A stretch of 64,000 nucleotides of DNA from Eledone cirrhosa (Eukaryota): the NCBI GenBank assembly GCA_964016885.1, contig OZ024757.1, forward strand, positions 24,428,001 through 24,492,000, written 5' to 3'. A program made the position numbers and the translations under genes. This document shows, piece after piece, positions 61,484 to 64,000 of the stretch (the first letter of the stretch is position 1; each line of letters opens with the position of its first letter). The notes below the pieces were generated by a model. The model was not told the origin of the DNA and did no database searches. It worked only from the letters and a program-made list of their open reading frames with translations.

Positions 61484-61580
61484 AACGAGTAGGACCCCGA
61501 CAGCTAATTCTTTTTTTTTTTTAGTCCAGAATTAGCCGAAATGGTTTGAGCTCAGCCGTCGGGGTCCTACTCGTTCCTAT
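61479..61580. repeat. Short inverted repeat (hairpin)
   Basis: ataggaacgagtaggaccccgac / gtcggggtcctactcgttcctat arms with an inner gctaattct/agaattagc stem. Confidence 0.85.
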
Positions 61581-61841
61581 TACCCACTCTACTACCCTAA
61601 GTATTGAGTACTTTGGTGCGTTATGGTCCATCTGGTACCTTACCACAATTCCTTTTTTTTATATATATATATGTGTATATATGTATATATATATTTTTAG
61701 TTATATATATATATATTAGTTATATATATATATATGTATGTATATATATCGTAGGTAAATATATTCCTTATTTGATATTTTGTAACTAACTTACATAGAT
61801 TGATAATGAAATATGTGTACAATGTATTATTATCACCTAGA

Positions 61842-62002
61842 GGCAGTGGATTGACAGTATCGGTAGAGGGTCGGACGCCATGCTTTGACGCATAGAGTTA
61901 TGGCCCTTGTCATTCTGAGTTCATCTTTACGGGGTCGATGAAATAAAGTACCAGTAATGTACTTGGTAATTGCTGGCCTTGTGCCAAAAGTAGAAACAAT
62001 TA
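61842..62002 (+). mobile_element. tRNA-derived SINE (MetaSINE-like), internally deleted
   Basis: tcggtagagggtcggacgccatgc...ggggtcgatgaaataaagtaccag...gcctt gtgccaaaagtagaaacaa. Confidence 0.75.
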
Positions 62003-62044
62003 TTATCACCTAGAAACGATCGTAAAGCAGTGAAGTATATTCCT

Positions 62045-62056
62045 AATGTATACATG

Positions 62057-62090
<34 letters not shown>

Positions 62091-62401
62091 TATATATATA
62101 TATGTATATATAGATATATATATACATATATACATATATATATATATACACATATATACATATATATATATATACATATATATACACATATATATATATA
62201 TGTATATATACATAAATACATACATATATATATATATGTATATATACATAAATACATACATATATATATATATATACATAAATACATACATATATATATA
62301 TATACATACATATATACATATATATATATACATACATATATATATACATATATATATACATATATATATACATATATATATATACATACATATATATATA
62401 C

Positions 62402-62438
<37 letters not shown>

Positions 62439-62496
62439 CACATATATATATATATATATATACATACATATATATATATATATATACATACATATA

Positions 62497-62532
<36 letters not shown>

Positions 62533-62584
62533 TACATAATCATCATTGTTTAACATCTATTTTATACATATATATATGTGTGTG

Positions 62585-62640
<56 letters not shown>

Positions 62641-62642
62641 CA
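62045..62642. repeat. (TA)n/(CA)n compound microsatellite
   Basis: Direct inspection. Confidence 0.97.
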
Positions 62643-63320
62643 CAGGCATACACAAAGACCACCATGTTGTGTTTTGATTCAACAACTACTGTCTGCACAG
62701 GGATATCTAGGACTACATTATCCAATGTACACATTGTTATATTTTGTTTATTAAAACAGTGGTGACTGCTCTGAGTAAAATTTAACTATAATTTCTAACA
62801 AACATCATAACAAGTGGCCATCTACATCCACTAAACCTGCTAAAAATAGCAGCCAAATCTCCTTTAAATTTCACACTACCTACCATTTAAATAAAAAGAG
62901 CTATTTCTGAATATAATTACAAATAAACACCAAACGGGTAGGATATGGTCACCTCGGTTGGAATGTGGTTGATCACAGATCGGTGATGACCTTGGGCTAA
63001 ACAAAAACGGTGGTGTAGTGGTGGTGTGGTTGGCATGGCAGAGAGGGTTGGCAGTGGGGGGGGGGGGGGGGGGGGGGGGGGGTGTTAGTCCCTGCCCTCC
63101 TTACAACTCATTCCCCACCCCCAACCCTCTCTCCTGAATACCTGACAGCTACAAGGAGGACACACTATATTGCACCTGAGGCTCAGAGAGTGAGAGCAAC
63201 AAACTGGTGCACAGAGCAGCAGAAAGGTGGTGCGAGGAGGGGGAAGGGGGGGGTTAAGAGCTGACATGTATGTCTTGCAAAATATAACAATAACAGCACT
63301 AATAATAATATATAATTATG

Positions 63321-63358
<38 letters not shown>

Positions 63359-63883
63359 GAAAGAGAGAGAGAGACGCAAATAATTAGAACTTTCAAATAA
63401 ATGTTTTATATGGTGGTCGTGGTGGTGTCTTCGTCATGGTGGTGGTGAAGAAGAAGAAGAAAAAGGGAAAAGAAGAAAAAGAAGAAAAAAGAAAAAGAAA
63501 AAAAAGAAGGAAAAAAAGAAAAAAGAAAGAAAAGAAAAGAAAAGAAAAGAAAAGAAAAGAAAAGAAAAGAAAAGAAAAGAAAAGAAAAGAAAAGAAAAAG
63601 AAAAAGACTAAGAATAATTACGATGATGATGTTTGCCACAAGGGTGTGAGATGTGAGAATGTTTCATTAGAAATGTGGTATAGAGGAGGGTGGGGGGGAT
63701 AAAGAATCAGGGGTGTGGGGGAGGGGCAGTTATGCAACTGTTGCAGTGATTGGTTGGTTCTTAATGAGGTTAGTCTTTTAAAAAAGAAACCTGTATATAT
63801 AATGTATGCAGGGGTGGGGAGCAGATGTGGGGAAGGGACACATATATACACACATATATTTATATATACAGATATATATATAC

Positions 63884-63919
<36 letters not shown>

Positions 63920-64000
63920 GTGTGTATTTATATATATATATATATATAAACATATATATATATATATATATACACATATATATATATACACACACATATA

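Noticed and set aside
63406-63702. Lys/Arg-rich protamine-like ORF and its Phe-rich antisense
   Set aside because: Derived from a (GAAAA)n simple repeat.

Overview
Repeat-dense animal genomic DNA. The SINE/LINE content and (TA)n richness suggest a coleoid cephalopod such as Octopus (inference). It is not prokaryotic: no operons, CRISPR, rRNA or tRNA genes. Most of the window is decayed mobile elements: RTE LINEs with (GAT)n tails, RTE/Hero chimeric fragments, CRE-type and R4/Dong-type LINE fragments, a Chapaev3-like DNA transposon carrying a nested piggyBac and a SINE, and Penelope-like pseudo-LTRs. There are three homogeneous satellites (81, 28 and 38 bp). A few small phase-compatible minus-strand exons of an unidentified host gene lie between about 56.8 and 28.5 kb. 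The most notable signals are (i) a cluster of minimal type I hammerhead ribozymes in inverted pairs at 43.8-45.0 kb plus one at 2.1 kb, (ii) a head-to-tail stack of eight Tx1-clade LINE copies each joined through (TCTA/TCTG)n microsatellite at 48.6-55.7 kb, and (iii) an unexplained module at 13.6-15.0 kb with a GC-rich structured candidate Pol III RNA next to octamer and B-box tandem arrays. The long ORFs in the ORF track (1627 aa, 474 aa) are read through satellites. All calls are by eye; boundaries of decayed elements are approximate.
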